A program made the translations under genes and the position numbers. From positions 1 through 57,864 of the forward strand of contig NIVC01004150.1 in NCBI GenBank assembly GCA_002269645.1: DNA of 57,864 nucleotides. The letters run 5' to 3'. The notes beneath the pieces were generated by a model that had not been told where the DNA came from, made no database searches, and saw nothing but the letters and a program-made list of their open reading frames with translations. Shown piece by piece: positions 1-14,124 of the stretch. Numbering within the stretch: position 1 is the first letter of the stretch; every line of letters begins with the position of its first letter. The DNA is from Macrostomum lignano (lineage: Eukaryota).

Positions 1-227
1 TAAATCACTGTGAGGGTAGGTGTTACCAGCTAATTAAATCACTGTTGGGGCAGGTGTTACCAGCTAATTAAACCTCTGTTGGGACAGGTATTATCAGTCA
101 ACTAAACACTGTAGGCGCAGGTGTTACCAGCTAATTAAATCTATGTTGGGGCAGGTGTTATCAGCCAATCAAATCACTGTTGGGGCAGGTGTTATCAGTC
201 AACTAAACCACTGTAGGCGCAGGTGTT
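1..227. repeat. Minisatellite, 34-bp unit (TAAATCACTGTTGGGGCAGGTGTTACCAGCTAAT), in PSPH intron 2; truncated by window edge
   Basis: About 6-7 degenerate copies read directly from position 1. Confidence 0.9.
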
Positions 228-278
228 AGGCCTGAAATAAAAGCATTACGTCAAATATAATCAAATATAAAGTCTTAC

Positions 279-628
279 ACAACATTCGGAGTAAGCTTTG
301 GCGGATGCTGACTAACAAACTGGTCCATTTCTGTCGAGTAAGTCCCATCATGCTTAATCGGGCTTCGAACGATTCTTCAAATGTCATGTCTCCGTTCATG
401 GCTTTGTTAGTGCTGCGATGGTGAAATAACGGACACTTATTGAGATACAGCAAACTATTAGAACCCCCACAAAACAACAACTCACAGCGCTTTGACTTTG
501 TCAGCAACGCCGCAAAATTCGGCCAAATTATCGAGCCCTTCGTCGACGCAAACTGTCGAGTCAACGTCGAAACAGACGCAATCAGCGCCTAGCCAGGCTT
601 GGAGAACGGAGGGCGACGGCTGAGACAT
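279..628 (-). CDS. PSPH: Phosphoserine phosphatase (HAD family), 5' part only: exon 628-486, 73-nt intron 485-413, exon 412-279; gene continues off the left edge
   Basis: MSQPSPSVLQAWLGADCVCFDVDSTVCVDEGLDNLAEFCGVADKVKAL|TNKAMNGDMTFEESFEARL carries the HAD motif I DVDST. Splice sites are CT|GTGAG...CGCAG|C and GT|GTAAG. A missing A in an A-run near 330 shifts the frame; restoring it gives QKMDQFVSQHPPKLTPNV, matching the PSPH HLTPG region. Confidence 0.92.
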
Positions 629-739
629 TGCGGTTGGAGGATCTTCGAGTATGCAAGACTGCTTGTGCGACACTGGATTGACCAAAACACTTTATGCCTG
701 GAACGTATGACAGCAGTGATGTTGACCGACGCAATTATC

Positions 740-1765
740 AGGTTGGTTTAAGGAGGGATTCTCAGGGTGGTTAAGAGGCCATTCTCAGCTAGTTTAAAGG
801 GCGATTCTCAGGTAGTTTAAGGTTTGATTCTCAGGTAGTTTAAAGGGCGATTCTAAGGTAGTTTAAAGGGTGATTCTCAGGTAGGTTAGATGATTCTCAG
901 GTAGTTTTAAAGGGCGATTCTCAGGTAGTTTAAGGTTTGATTCTCAGGTAGCTTAAAGGGTGATTCTCAGATAGTTTAAAGGCGATTCTAAGGTAGTTTA
1001 AAGGGCGATTCTCGGGTAGTTTAAAGGGCGATTCTCAGTTAGTTTAAAGGGCCATTCTCAGGTAGTTTAAAGGGCGATTCTCAGGTAGTTTAAAGGGCGA
1101 TTCTAAGGTAGGTTAGATGATTCTCAGGTAGTTTAAAGAGCAATTCTAAGGTAGGTTAAATGATTCTCAGGTAGTTTAAAGGGCGATTCTCAGCTAGTTT
1201 AAAGGGTGATTCTCAGCTAGTTTAAAGGGTGATTCTCAGCTAGTTTAAAGTGCGATTCTCAGCTAGTTTAAAGGGCGATTCTCAGCTAGTTTAAAGGGTG
1301 ATTCTCAGCTAGTTTAAAGGGTGATTCTCAGCTAGTTTAAAGTGCGATTCTCAGCTAGTTTAAAGGGCGATTCTCAGGTAGTTTAAAGGGCGATTCTCAG
1401 GTAGTTTAAAGGCAATTCTAAGGTAAGGTTAGATGATTTTCAGGAAGTTTAAAGGGCGATTCTCAGATAGTTTAAAGGGCGATTCTCAGATAGTTTAAAG
1501 GGCGATTCAGGTAGTTTAAAGGGCGATTCTCAGGTAGTTTAAAGGGCGATTCTCAGGTAGTTTAAAGGGCAATTCTAAGGTAGGTTAGATGATTCTCAGG
1601 TAGCTTAAAGGGCGATTCTCAGGTAGTTTAAAGGGCGATTCTCAGGTAGTTTAAAGGGCGATTCTCAGGTAGTTTAAAGGGCGATTCTCAGATAGTTTAA
1701 AGGGCGATTCTCAGGTAGTTTAAAGGGCGATTCTCAGGTAGTTTAAAGGGCGATTCTCATGGTGG
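740..1765. repeat. Minisatellite, 23-bp unit (GATTCTCAGGTAGTTTAAAGGGC), about 44 copies, filling the ARL1-PSPH spacer
   Basis: Direct periodicity, with a recurring shorter variant TTCTAAGGTAGGTTAGAT. Confidence 0.95.
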
Positions 1766-2544
1766 TTTGAGTAGGGCTGGCGATTTTGAAAGATAACTCT
1801 GATAACATAATATAAAATAACCTTTTCTAGGTATAGATATCTCAAGTCTAAGTATCAGTAGAGTATTAGGTGAGTTTATTATTTCTCAGAACAGATTTGA
1901 TCAATAAAATTCATTCAGCAAAACGAAATATAAAGTGGATAACTGACTGTACTAGATTACACTTAAGTAAACAAAATTAATTGCATCATGAAACGTCAAT
2001 TGTAGGAAGACACAAGCAGTATCTTGAGTGCAATAGACTTGAAATATATACTCTTACAGAGCTGACACATTTAAACTAATTATTATAATACTAAAAAACA
2101 AATATAAGAAAGCAAAACAAAAAGTATGAGCTTTCACCAAATAGACAAGATAGCTCAGAAATAACAGCAAATAACGCATTTATCGCCAGATGTCTAATGC
2201 AATACTAAATTTAGCTATAAAGAAATCACCCTAGCTACTATTGAGTAGCAAAATAAGCAAAAGACGCACCAGCAGAAGGAACACAAGCGACCGCTTAAAA
2301 GAAGGAATGCGTCTTTCACAATTAGGAGTATAATAACAAATATTAGTTTAAACTACGAAATACAAGACTTATAGTTGTATTGGAAGCCAAGAAAATACAA
2401 ATAAAACAATGCCATCCGAATTTAGAGCCATTTTGGTAAATTAGATTACTGCTAATAAATAAATGTAAATACAATTACGTTGCTATCGAAAATAAGCAAA
2501 AAACGGACTCAAAACGACTCTCACAGCTGTTCTACACCTGCTAT

Positions 2545-4109
<1,565 letters not shown>

Positions 4110-4199
4110 TCAACCCATCATCATTTAAGTTCAGCTGGACATGCTCCAGATCCCTTGTAGCTTTCTCAGAAGCTGCTTTTAGCCCCAGTTTTCACATCC

Positions 4200-5250
4200 A
4201 AATTTACCCCTTGCCTGATTTCACACCCTACTTTACCCCCCCCCCACTGCCTGATTTCACACCCTTCTTTACCCCCCCACTGCCTGATTTCACACCCTAC
4301 TTTACCCCCCCCACTGCCTGATTTCACACCCTACTTTACCCCCCCCACTGCCTGATTTCACACCCTACTTTACCCCCCCCCACTGCCTGATTTCACACCC
4401 TACTTTACCCCCCCACTGCCTGATTTCACACCCTACTTTACCCCCCCACTGCCTGATTTCACACCCTACTTTACCCCCCCCCACTGCCTGATTTCACACC
4501 CTACTTTACCCCCCCCCCACTGCCTGATTTCACACCCTACTTTACCCCCCCCACTGCCTGATTTCACACCCTTCTTTACCCCCACTGCCTGATTTCACAC
4601 CCTACTTTACCTCCCACTGCCTGATTTCACACCCTACTTTACCCCCCCCCACTGCCTGATTTCACACCCTACTTTACCTCCCACTGCCTGATTTTACACC
4701 CTTCTTTACCCCCCCCCACTGCCTGATTTCACACCCTTCTTTACCCCCCCACTGCCTGATTTCACACCCTTCTTTACCCCCCCGACTGCCTGATTTCACA
4801 CCCTTCTTTACCCCCCCCACTGCCTGATTTCACACCCTTCTTTACCCCCCCACTGCCTGATTTCACACCCTTCTTTACCCCCCCCACTGCCTGATTTCAC
4901 ACCCTACTTTACCCCCCCCACTGCCTGATTTCACACCCTTCTTTACCCCCCCCCACTGCCTGATTTCACACCCTACTTTACCCCCCCCACTGCCTGATTT
5001 CACACCCTACTTTACCCCCCACTGCCTGATTTCACACCCTACTTTACCCCCCCACTGCCTGATTTCACACCCTACTTTACCCCCACTGCCTGATTTCACA
5101 CCCTACTTTACCTCCCACTGCCTGATTTCACACCCTACTTTACCCCCCCCCCACTGCCTGATTTCACACCCTACTTTACCCCCCCCCCACTGCCTGATTT
5201 CACACCCTACTTTACCCCCCCCACTGCCTGATTTCACACCCTACTTTACC
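4200..5250. repeat. Minisatellite, ~33-bp unit (CCACTGCCTGATTTCACACCCTACTTTA + variable poly-C); G-rich on the transcribed (minus) strand
   Basis: About 30 copies; unit length varies mainly in the C-run. Confidence 0.95.
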
Positions 5251-5787
5251 CTACAGCTACAGCTTTGTTCTCCTCACTAGGATTAAAACTACAAATAAGA
5301 GCACTGCAGAAAAAAATAATTAGAGCCAACAACACAATATGAGTCCAAAGAAACAAAACGAAAAAGAAACAGGAAAAAAGAAAGCAGAAAGCTTTTGTAT
5401 TGTCTCAAATACGAGTATAGATAAATTGTGAATGCAGTTTAGGAAATTTCTCATAAAGATGACTATAAATTGGAAAAAAAGCTTTGGTGGGGAAAATAAA
5501 GTTGAATAAACGAGACTGAGACTGTATTATGTATTGCGGAACAAACGCTCAAACAATTAAGCTATACTGATGGCAAAACAGTAACAAAACATTGATAAAT
5601 AAATTGAACTAAAGCCAAAACAGATAAACTCAAAGCCATCCACAGCAATATTGAGCACATTGAGCATGGCTGCAAAAATTGAATTAGGAAACAAAACACA
5701 CACAAAACCCAGAAAAAACAGTTCAACAACAGTAGCCACTCCTGTCAAGTCAGTCCAAGTTGTCAAAATCAAATTTCAATCCCCAGA

Positions 5788-8700
5788 TCAATTATAGTCG
5801 CTCTCCTCCGAGTCACTATACGACGGCGGACGTCCAACAGCCGAAGCGGACGGGCCAATGCTAGAAGTGGCGTCGCTAAAACCGCCGTTGCTATGACGAC
5901 CACTAGGCCCGGCTCCGTTGTTAGCTGCGTACTCGATCGACAGTTGACTACTACCGCCGCTGTACTCGGTTGGGCTAGGCGACCCATTGTCCTGTTCGGA
6001 CGAAAAATTGGCATTTTTGTACTCTTCGAGTCGATCGTTAGCGGCAATCACTTGCGTGTTCAGCCGTTTGTTCTCGTCCTCTCGATTGTTTAACTGGCGT
6101 TTCAAGCTGTCATTGTGATTGCGCATGTCCTCAAAGTAGCGCTTCACAACTTTGATGCTTTCATTGTATCGTTTCACTTTCGTCAGCTGTGGGGTCGAAA
6201 GTGGGCGCTCATAGAGCTGTCAAACCTATCCCAGAGCTGTCAAACCCACCCTAGAGCTGTGAAACCCATCCCAGAGCTGTGAAACCCATCCCAGAGCTGT
6301 CAAACCCATCCCAGAGCTCTCAAACCCATCTCAGAGCTGTCAAACCCACCCTAGAGCTGTGAAACCCATCCCAGAGCTGTGAAACCCATCCCAGAGCTGT
6401 GAAACCCATCCCAGAGCTCTCAAACCCATCTCAGAGCTGTCAAACCCATCCCAGAGCTGTCAAACCCATCCCAGAGCTGTCAAACCCACCTCAGATGCTG
6501 TCAAACCCGTCTCAGAGCTTTAAAACCCGACCCAGAGCTGTCAAACCCATCCCAGAGCTGTCAAACCCATCTCAGAGCTGTCAAACCTATCCCAGAGCTG
6601 TCAAACCCATCCCAGAGCTGTCAAACCCATCTCAGAGCTTTAAACACGTCTCAGAGCTGTCAAACCCATCCCAGAGCTGTCAAACCCATCCCAGAGCTGT
6701 CAAACCCATTTCAGAGCTGTCAAACCCATCCCAGAGCTCTCAAACCCATCTCCGATGCTGTCAAACCCGTCTCAGAGCTGTCAAACCCATCCCAGAGCTG
6801 TCAAACCCATCCCAGAGCTGTCAAACCCATCCCAGAGCTCTCAAACCCATCTCAGAGCTGTCAAACCCATCTCAGAGCTGTCAAACCCATCTCAGAGCTG
6901 TCAAACCCACCTCAGATGCTGTCAAACCCGTCTCAGAGCTTTAAAACCCGACCCAGAGCTGTCAAACCCATCCCAGAGCTGTCAAACCCATCTCAGAGCT
7001 GTCAAACCTATCCCAGAGCTGTCAAACCCATCTCAGAGCTTTAAACACGTCTCAGAGCTGTCAAACCCATCCCAGAGCTGTCAAACCCATCCCAGAGCTG
7101 TCAAACCCATCTCAGAGCTGTCAAACCCATCCCAGAGCTCTCAAACCCATTTCAGAGCTGTCAAACCCATCCCAGAGCTCTCAAACCCATCTCAGATGCT
7201 GTCAAACCCGTCTCAGAGCTTTAAAACCCGTCTCAGAGCTGTCAAACCCATCCCAGAGCTGTCAAACCCATCTCAGATGCTGTCAAACCCGTCTCAGAGC
7301 TTTAAAACCCGTCCCAGAGCTGTCAAACCCATCCCAGAGTTGTCAAACCCATCTCAGAGCTGTCAAACCTATCCCAGAGCTGTCAAACCCATCCCAGAGC
7401 TGTCAAACCCATCTCAGAGCTTTAAAACCCGTCTCAGAGCTGTCAAACCCATCCCAGAGCTGTCAAACCCATTTCAGAGCTGTCAAACCCATCCCAGAGC
7501 TGTCAAACCCATCTCAGATGCTGTCAAACCCATCCCAGAGCTGTCAAACCCATCTCAGAGCTGTCAAACCCATCCCAGAGCTGTCAAACCCATCCCAGAT
7601 CTGTCAAACCCATCTCAGAGCTGTCAAACCCATCCCAGAGCTGTCAAACCCATCTCAGAGCTGTCAAACCTATCCCAGAGCTGTAAAACCCGTCTCAGAT
7701 GCTGTCTATGCATCCGAAAAGCTTACCATCGTTTTGAGATGATGCTGGGCGGTGTTCACCGTCTTCTTATGCTGGATGCACCTTTTCTTTCGCTGGTGGC
7801 ACTGCATACTCAGGCTGTCCAATTCAATTTCGACCTCCTCCTTTTCAGCCTCAGCCTCAGCCAGAGCTCGGTCATCAGCCTCGTCAATTTCTTTGAGTTT
7901 AGCTAGAATAGCAAGGCGCTCTTGTTCATGCTTGACAGAATGGTCCAGGCTGAAGCTTAGCATGTCGAACGTCTGGTTGACGGTGCGACCAACTTGGCTA
8001 AACAAGCCGGCGGATTGGTTGTCTTGGACACAGAACCGGTTCACCTTGATGAATGAATGATGCAGGCATAAATAATGGGTAGCTCAGTCTATGACCGTAA
8101 GACTGGCTGAGAAGCTGCACTAAAACAAAACCCACTTGCGGAAGATTGCAATCAAACTGGAGAAGACATGACGACAAAACCAAAGGAAATGGCAGTCAAA
8201 CCAGACCAACAAATGGCAGTCGAACCAGACCAACAAATGACAATCAAAACAGACCAACAAATGACAATCAAAACAGACCAACAAATGACAATCAAAACAT
8301 ACCAACAAATGACAATCAAAACAGACCAACAAATGGCACTAAAACCAGACCAACAAATGGCAATCGAACCAGACCAACAAATGGCAGTCAAACCAGACCA
8401 ACAAATGACAATCGAACCAGACCAACAAATGGCAGTCAAACCAGACCAACAAATGGCAATCGAACAAGACCAACAAATGGCAGTTAAACCAGACCAACAA
8501 ATGACAATCAAAACAGACCAACAAATGACAATCAAAACAGACCAACAAATGACAATCAAAACAGACCAACAAATGGCAGTCAAACCAGACCAACAAATGG
8601 CAATCGAACCAGACCAACAAATGGCAATCGAACCAGACCAACAGATGGCAATCGAACCAGACCAACAAATGCACTCAAACCAGACCAACAAATGGCAATC

Positions 8701-10176
8701 GAACCAGACCAACAAATGGCAATCGAACCAGACCAACAGATGGCAATCGAACCAGACCAACAAATGCACTCAAACCAGACCAACAAATGGCAGTCGAACC
8801 AGACCAACAAATGGCAATCGAACCAGACCAAAAAATGGCACTCAAACCAGACCAACAATGGCAGTCGAACCAGACCAACAAATGGCAATCGAACCAGACC
8901 AAAAAATGGCACTCAAACCAGACCAACAAATGGCAATCGAACCAGACCAACAAATGGCAATTGAACCAGACCAACAAATGCACTCAAACCAGACCAACAA
9001 ATGGCAATCGAACCAGACCAACAAATGGCAATTGAACCAGACCAACAAATGCACTCAAACCAGACCAACAAATGGCAATCGAACCAGACCAAAAATGGCA
9101 CTCGAACCAGACCAACAAATGGCACTCAAACCAGACCAACAAATGGCAATCGAACCAGACCAACAAATGGCAATCGAACCAGACCAACAAATGGCAATCG
9201 AACCAGACCAACAAATGGCAATCGAACCAGACCAATAAATGCACTCAAACCAGACCAACAAATGGCAATCGAACCAGACCAATAAATGCACTCAAACCAG
9301 ACCAACAAATGGCAATCGAACCAGACCAATAAATGCACTCAAACCAGACCAACAAATGGCAATCGAACCAGACCAACAAATGGCAATCGAACCAGACCAA
9401 TAAATGCACTCAAACCAGACCAACAAATGGCAATCGAACCAGACCAACAAATGGCAATTGAACCAGACCAATAAATGCACTCAAACCAGACCAACAAATG
9501 GCAGTCAAACCAGACCAACAAATGGCAATCGAACCAGACCAACAAATGGCAATTGAACCAGACCAATAAATGCACTCAAACCAGACCAACAAATGGCAGT
9601 CAAACCAGACCAACAAATGGCAATCGAACCAGACCAACAAATGGCAATTGAACCAGACCAATAAATGCACTCAAACCAGACCAAAAAATGGCAGTCAAAC
9701 CAGACCAACAAATGGCAATCGAACCAGACCAACAAATGGCAATTGAACCAGACCAATAAATGCACTCAAACCAGACCAACAAATGGCAGTCGAACCAGAC
9801 CAATAAATGCACTCAAACCAGACCAACAAATGGCAGTCGAACCAGACCAACAATGGCTTTGAAACCAAGGACCAGCAGAGGGAATGCCTAACGGCCTGTC
9901 AGCTCCCCAGCAACAAACCTCATTAGGCATCAGGTCAGTCTTGCACACGTGGCACCTACGCCGGTGACTTGGGCCGCCGTGAATTAACTCAGGCGCGTGA
10001 GCTTCGCAGAATGAATGACAGCAGATGCAAATCCAGCCAACCGAGTCCAGGTGAACTCCGCAGTCGGGATAGCAGCAGTAATGCTGTTGCACGGTGTTCA
10101 TTGGATCTCGAGAAGCATCTTCTACCATATTGTCGAGATTGGCCCACCAGGTGTTTTCGTTGATAGCCAAAGCCAT
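5788..10176 (-). CDS. Uncharacterised Zn-finger (AN1/B-box-like) + coiled-coil protein: exons 10176-9919, 8119-7727, 6186-5788; contains an in-frame TGA or a frameshift at 8086-8084
   Basis: Exon 1: CCYPDC-x10-CICCHSFCEAH-x5-H...CHVC. Exon 2 is a heptad-rich helix (EQERLAILAKLKEIDEADDRALAEAEAEKEEVEIEL). Exon 3 is a coiled coil followed by an S/G-rich tail. Phase-0 junctions: GAG|GTTTGT, TTTTAG|TGC, ATG|GTAAGC, CCACAG|CTG. Confidence 0.7.
6212..7705. repeat. Minisatellite, 20-bp unit (CCATCCCAGAGCTGTCAAAC), filling intron 2 of the Zn-finger gene, with higher-order blocks
   Basis: About 70 copies; an identical variant block recurs at 6481 and 6902 (421-bp offset). Confidence 0.95.
8170..9855. 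repeat. Minisatellite, 24-bp unit (AACCAGACCAACAAATGGCAATCG) with 23-bp variants, filling intron 1 of the Zn-finger gene
   Basis: About 70 copies; it explains the MAIEPDQQ and LLVWFDCH repetitive ORFs. Confidence 0.95.
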
Positions 10177-10489
10177 TGTTGAGTTTCTCAATCAAGTTTC
10201 AAATAATTTTGATATTTAGCTACGATTATTATAAACGCTTAAAGGCAGAAAGTCAAGATTAATAAAGTTTCATAACTACCAGCTATAGTAATAAACTGTC
10301 TGCTGGGCGAATTAATCTCTATGAAAGGAACTGTAGCGTGGTTGGAGCGACAAATTAAGAGCAATTTCTAAAAAAATAATTCAAGCCCATTATTGAGATA
10401 GGCATTTAAGACTATTTCTACGAGCGTAATAAAGTAATTCAGGGTCATTTCAAATATATAGGCTTTAAGGCCATTCTCAGCAATTTGTT

Positions 10490-10870
10490 AGAATTTCTAA
10501 GAAACTAATCGCGATAGATTCTAAGAAATCGAAGCAATTGACCTAGTTTCTTAAAAAATAATAGAGGTCCATGTAATTTTCAACAAAAAACAAATTAAGG
10601 CAGTGTCTAAGTAGCCCATAGAGGTTTTTTCTAGGAAACCGATTGAGGTCATTTCTAAAAAAACCAATCGAGATCATTTCTAAGAAAACAAATAAGTTAG
10701 TTTCTAAGAAACTGATAGACGTCTTTTCTAAGAAATCGATACAAGGATAATTCCTAAGAAAGCAATAAGACAATTTTTAGGAAACTAATCGACGTAGTTT
10801 CTAAGAAATGAATTGACGTTAATTTATTTCTAATCTTTTTTAAATCAAGGACGCTATTTCTAAGAAAATT
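10490..10870. repeat. Degenerate ~24-bp tandem repeat with conserved TTTCTAAGAAA core
   Basis: TTCTAAGAA at 10495, 10519, 10678, 10702, 10726, 10799 and 10858; TTCTAGGAA at 10629. Confidence 0.7.
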
Positions 10871-11559
10871 ACTAGGACGTTTTCTTTAAAAAATCCAGAT
10901 TTTTCGGGGTTAGGCTGAAGAAAAAGAGGGTGATGGGTTTTCAAATGCTAGTTGCCAGGAAAATTACTAATAAGCCCTGCTAAATAACCAAACTGACAAA
11001 CAATGAAGAGTCAAACAAATATTTATCAGACAAGCAATCAACGCAATTGCATTGCTACCCAGAATTTATATTAGCAATAATATTTTAGCACAAATGCTAA
11101 CAACAATGACAAAATATTATTCACAACTCAACTAGGGCCAAATAATGAAAAAATACGTGTATTAAAGATAAGAATTTTGTTCTCTGCACGCTTATCTGAA
11201 ACTTTAGAAACCGGGTTACAACGAATGCATACAATGTAATTACGTAAGAATTGAATTTTTTAAACAGCGTTTGGATACAGAACAAAACATAGCGGAAATT
11301 GGATAAATGAAACTTCATAAGCCTAACTGATTTCTACTAGCTATATTGTTATTAAACTACTAATAGTAAATCCCAATGAAAACGTAGATTAGATTAATAC
11401 GCTTAAGACCCAACAGAACAGGGGTGGGGCTCGCAAAATCAACAACAAAAAATATACAGTTTATAGATAGGCAAAGGGAAACAGATCAGCTATAAGGAAA
11501 ACGCCTCTCAAAGCACTTGATTAATTAAAATGACATTGTTAGATTTAAACAACAATTCT

Positions 11560-12041
11560 CTACACTCCATGAAACCGATTCGGAGGAGCCTGCTGATTGG
11601 CCCACGGCTGCGGCGGATGCTGATGATGAAGCTGCGGCCGAGGCGGCATCCCCATTGGCGGATGCATCTGCTGCTGCTGAAACGTAGACTGCGGAGGCGG
11701 CTGCAGCAGGACGGGCGGTCCTGGCGGCGCCATCATAGACGCCGGAGGAGGCGGCAGCATGCCACCACCGGGTCGCATTGGCGGCCTAAATGTCATCTGC
11801 TGCGGATGCTGTTGATGCTGCTGATTAGGCGAAGTCATCATCTGGGGCGGCGGCGGAGGCATCTGGGACATCGGCGGCAGGTGCGGCTGCTGCCCGCCAC
11901 CGTACGCGGAGACGGCCTGCTGATAAGGATGATGATGATGCAAGGGATTAGCCAAGCTACCAGGAGCTGTGCTAGCAACAACCGGCATTGGCAGGTACTG
12001 GGCCAATGATTGCTGCGGCTGAGTTGACATTGGCGGATTCA

Positions 12042-12072
<31 letters not shown>

Positions 12073-12777
12073 AAGAGGCGGCGGCGGCGGCAGAGACGCG
12101 GCGGTGGCGGATTCGGCGATCAGTTTGGTACCGCCGCCGTGCCTGTGCTCAATGTGAGCAAGCAGATCTCTCTGGGACAGGTAAGTCCGTTTGCAGCCTG
12201 ACCGACCGTGCGGCGCGGCAGAGTCGTGCATGCAGATGTGCAGCTGGGATGCCGGCACGATTTCGGTGTCTTCAATCGGGTCCTGGCACCGGGGACAGAG
12301 CTTGCTAGACTGGGCGCAGGTGCGACAGGCGGCGTGCTTGCATGGCAACAGGCGGCCAAACGATTGGATCGGTCGATCGCAGGCGTCGCAAAAGTGCAAC
12401 ACCATGGCGGTCTTCTTGCCACTTAAGAGGGCTTGGTGAGTCCAGCAGACCTCCTTTGACCGACGCCCGTCGCCCATTGGTGGCAGGCTTTGCGCTGACG
12501 GACTCTTGGAGCGGGAGCGAGACCGCGGTCGCTTGCGATCCCGATCCCGGTCCGAATCGTCAGACGAGTCTGACGAGTCGCGCTGATTCTGATGATAATA
12601 ATTTTGATGCTGGTAGGTTCTGGAGTTCGAGCCGCCGCCTCCGCCGCTGCGGCCAGACGAAGTTCGGCTATTGTGCAGGCTGGCAACCTCGCGATGCGTG
12701 CTGGCACTGAGGCGGAGCGCTATGCCGCTTCCTGAATGGTGCCGGCTCGAACCGCTGTCGTGGTTGTCGTCGTTCAT
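11560..12777 (-). CDS. CBLL1: E3 ubiquitin ligase Hakai (m6A writer-complex subunit), single coding exon, 405 aa
   Basis: HFCDACDRPIQSFGRLLPCKHAACRTCAQ..CPRC RING followed by GCKRTYLSQRDLLAHIEHRH (C2H2/HYB signature of Hakai). N-terminus is RS-rich and C-terminus P/Q/M-rich. ATG at 12777 follows the acceptor TTTTTCCAG by 5 nt. Confidence 0.95.
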
Positions 12778-12889
12778 AGCGTCTGGAAAAATAATAAGCA
12801 ACAATTATAGCTCATGGCAATCGAGAGGAAACTAAGAAACTGAAGCCTTCAATAGGGGATCTGAGCATCTGAGAATAGATGCGTCTGAG

Positions 12890-13555
12890 ATGGTGTGCAA
12901 TAGGGGATCTAAAAAGAGTGCAGCAGTGAGGAATAGGGGATTTGAGATGAGTGCAGCAGTGAGCAATAGGGGATCTGAGATGAGTGCAGCAGTGAGCAAT
13001 AGGGGATCTGAGATGAGTGCAGCAGTGAGCAATAGGGGATCTGAGATGAGTGCAGCAGTGAGCAATAGGGGATTTGAGATGAGTGCAGCAGTGAGCAATA
13101 GGGGATCTGAGATGAGTGCAGCAGTGAGCAATTGGGGATCTGAGATGAGTGCAGCAGTGAGCAATAGGGGATCTGAGATGAGTGCAGCAGTGAGCAATAG
13201 GGGATCTGAGATGAGTGCAGCAGTGAGCAATTGGGGATCTGAGATGAGTGCAGCAGTGAGCAATAGGGGATCTGAGATGAGTGCAGCAGTGAGCAATAGG
13301 GGATCTGAGATGAGTGCAGCAGTGAGCAATAGGGGATCTGAGATGAGTGCAGCAGTGAGCAATTGGGGATCTGAGATGAGTGCAGCAGTGAGCAATAGGG
13401 GATCTGAGATGAGTGCAGCAGTGAGCAATAGGGGATCTGAGATGAGTGCAGCAGTGAGCAATAGGGGATCTGAGATGAGTGCAGCAGTGAGCAATAGGGG
13501 ATCTGAGATGAGTGCAGCAGTGAGCAATAGGGGATCTGAGATGAGTGCGTACAAG
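12890..13555. repeat. Minisatellite, 33-bp unit (GAGATGAGTGCAGCAGTGAGCAATAGGGGATCT), about 20 near-identical copies
   Basis: Direct periodicity; the multiple-of-3 unit produces spurious ORFs on both strands. Confidence 0.95.
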
Positions 13556-14124
13556 TAAGACAAAAGAAATAAATGAACTCCCAAGCAGCTGAAAGCATAG
13601 TTTGATCGGCAGCATCACCGTATATATTTTAATGGCCAAGGTGTATGATTCATTTTCTTTTAAATTAAAACAAACCGAGAATTAAAACAATGGTAACCTG
13701 TTGTCCGCAAACGAAATTGGGCATTTCATTGACCAAGCAAGCACAGCGGTATGGTATAAATAGTTTTAAAGAAAAAAGTTGCTCTCTCTTAGCTCTTGAA
13801 TCTACTACAGCAATTAAGGCAATGGAAGCCTACATCTCGAATATAATATATAAAAAGAAACGATTTGTTTGTAACTTTAAAAAAACCACAAGAGCAAAGG
13901 TGGACTCAACTAAAAAGGAAATTAAAAACAAATTTTGAATATCAAATCATTAAGTTTACGAGCAGGCTAGTTCTTTATTAACTAAATAAAAAAATTACAA
14001 TCAATTTATCCAGACAATGGACATTTTTGAATAAGGCAACGAAGGAAATACAGCAAATTAGGCATTCAAATACAATAGTGCACTATGGTGAGATGCCGAA
14101 GGAGGCAGATAAAGGCAGAGAGAA

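Noticed and set aside
325-335. Frameshift in PSPH suggesting a pseudogene or programmed frameshift
   Set aside because: A single missing A in an A-run restores a conserved frame; the same error type recurs in other essential genes, so it is most likely a long-read consensus error.
11530-12710. Plus-strand ORFs overlapping Hakai
   Set aside because: Antisense shadows of a GC-rich, low-complexity coding exon.
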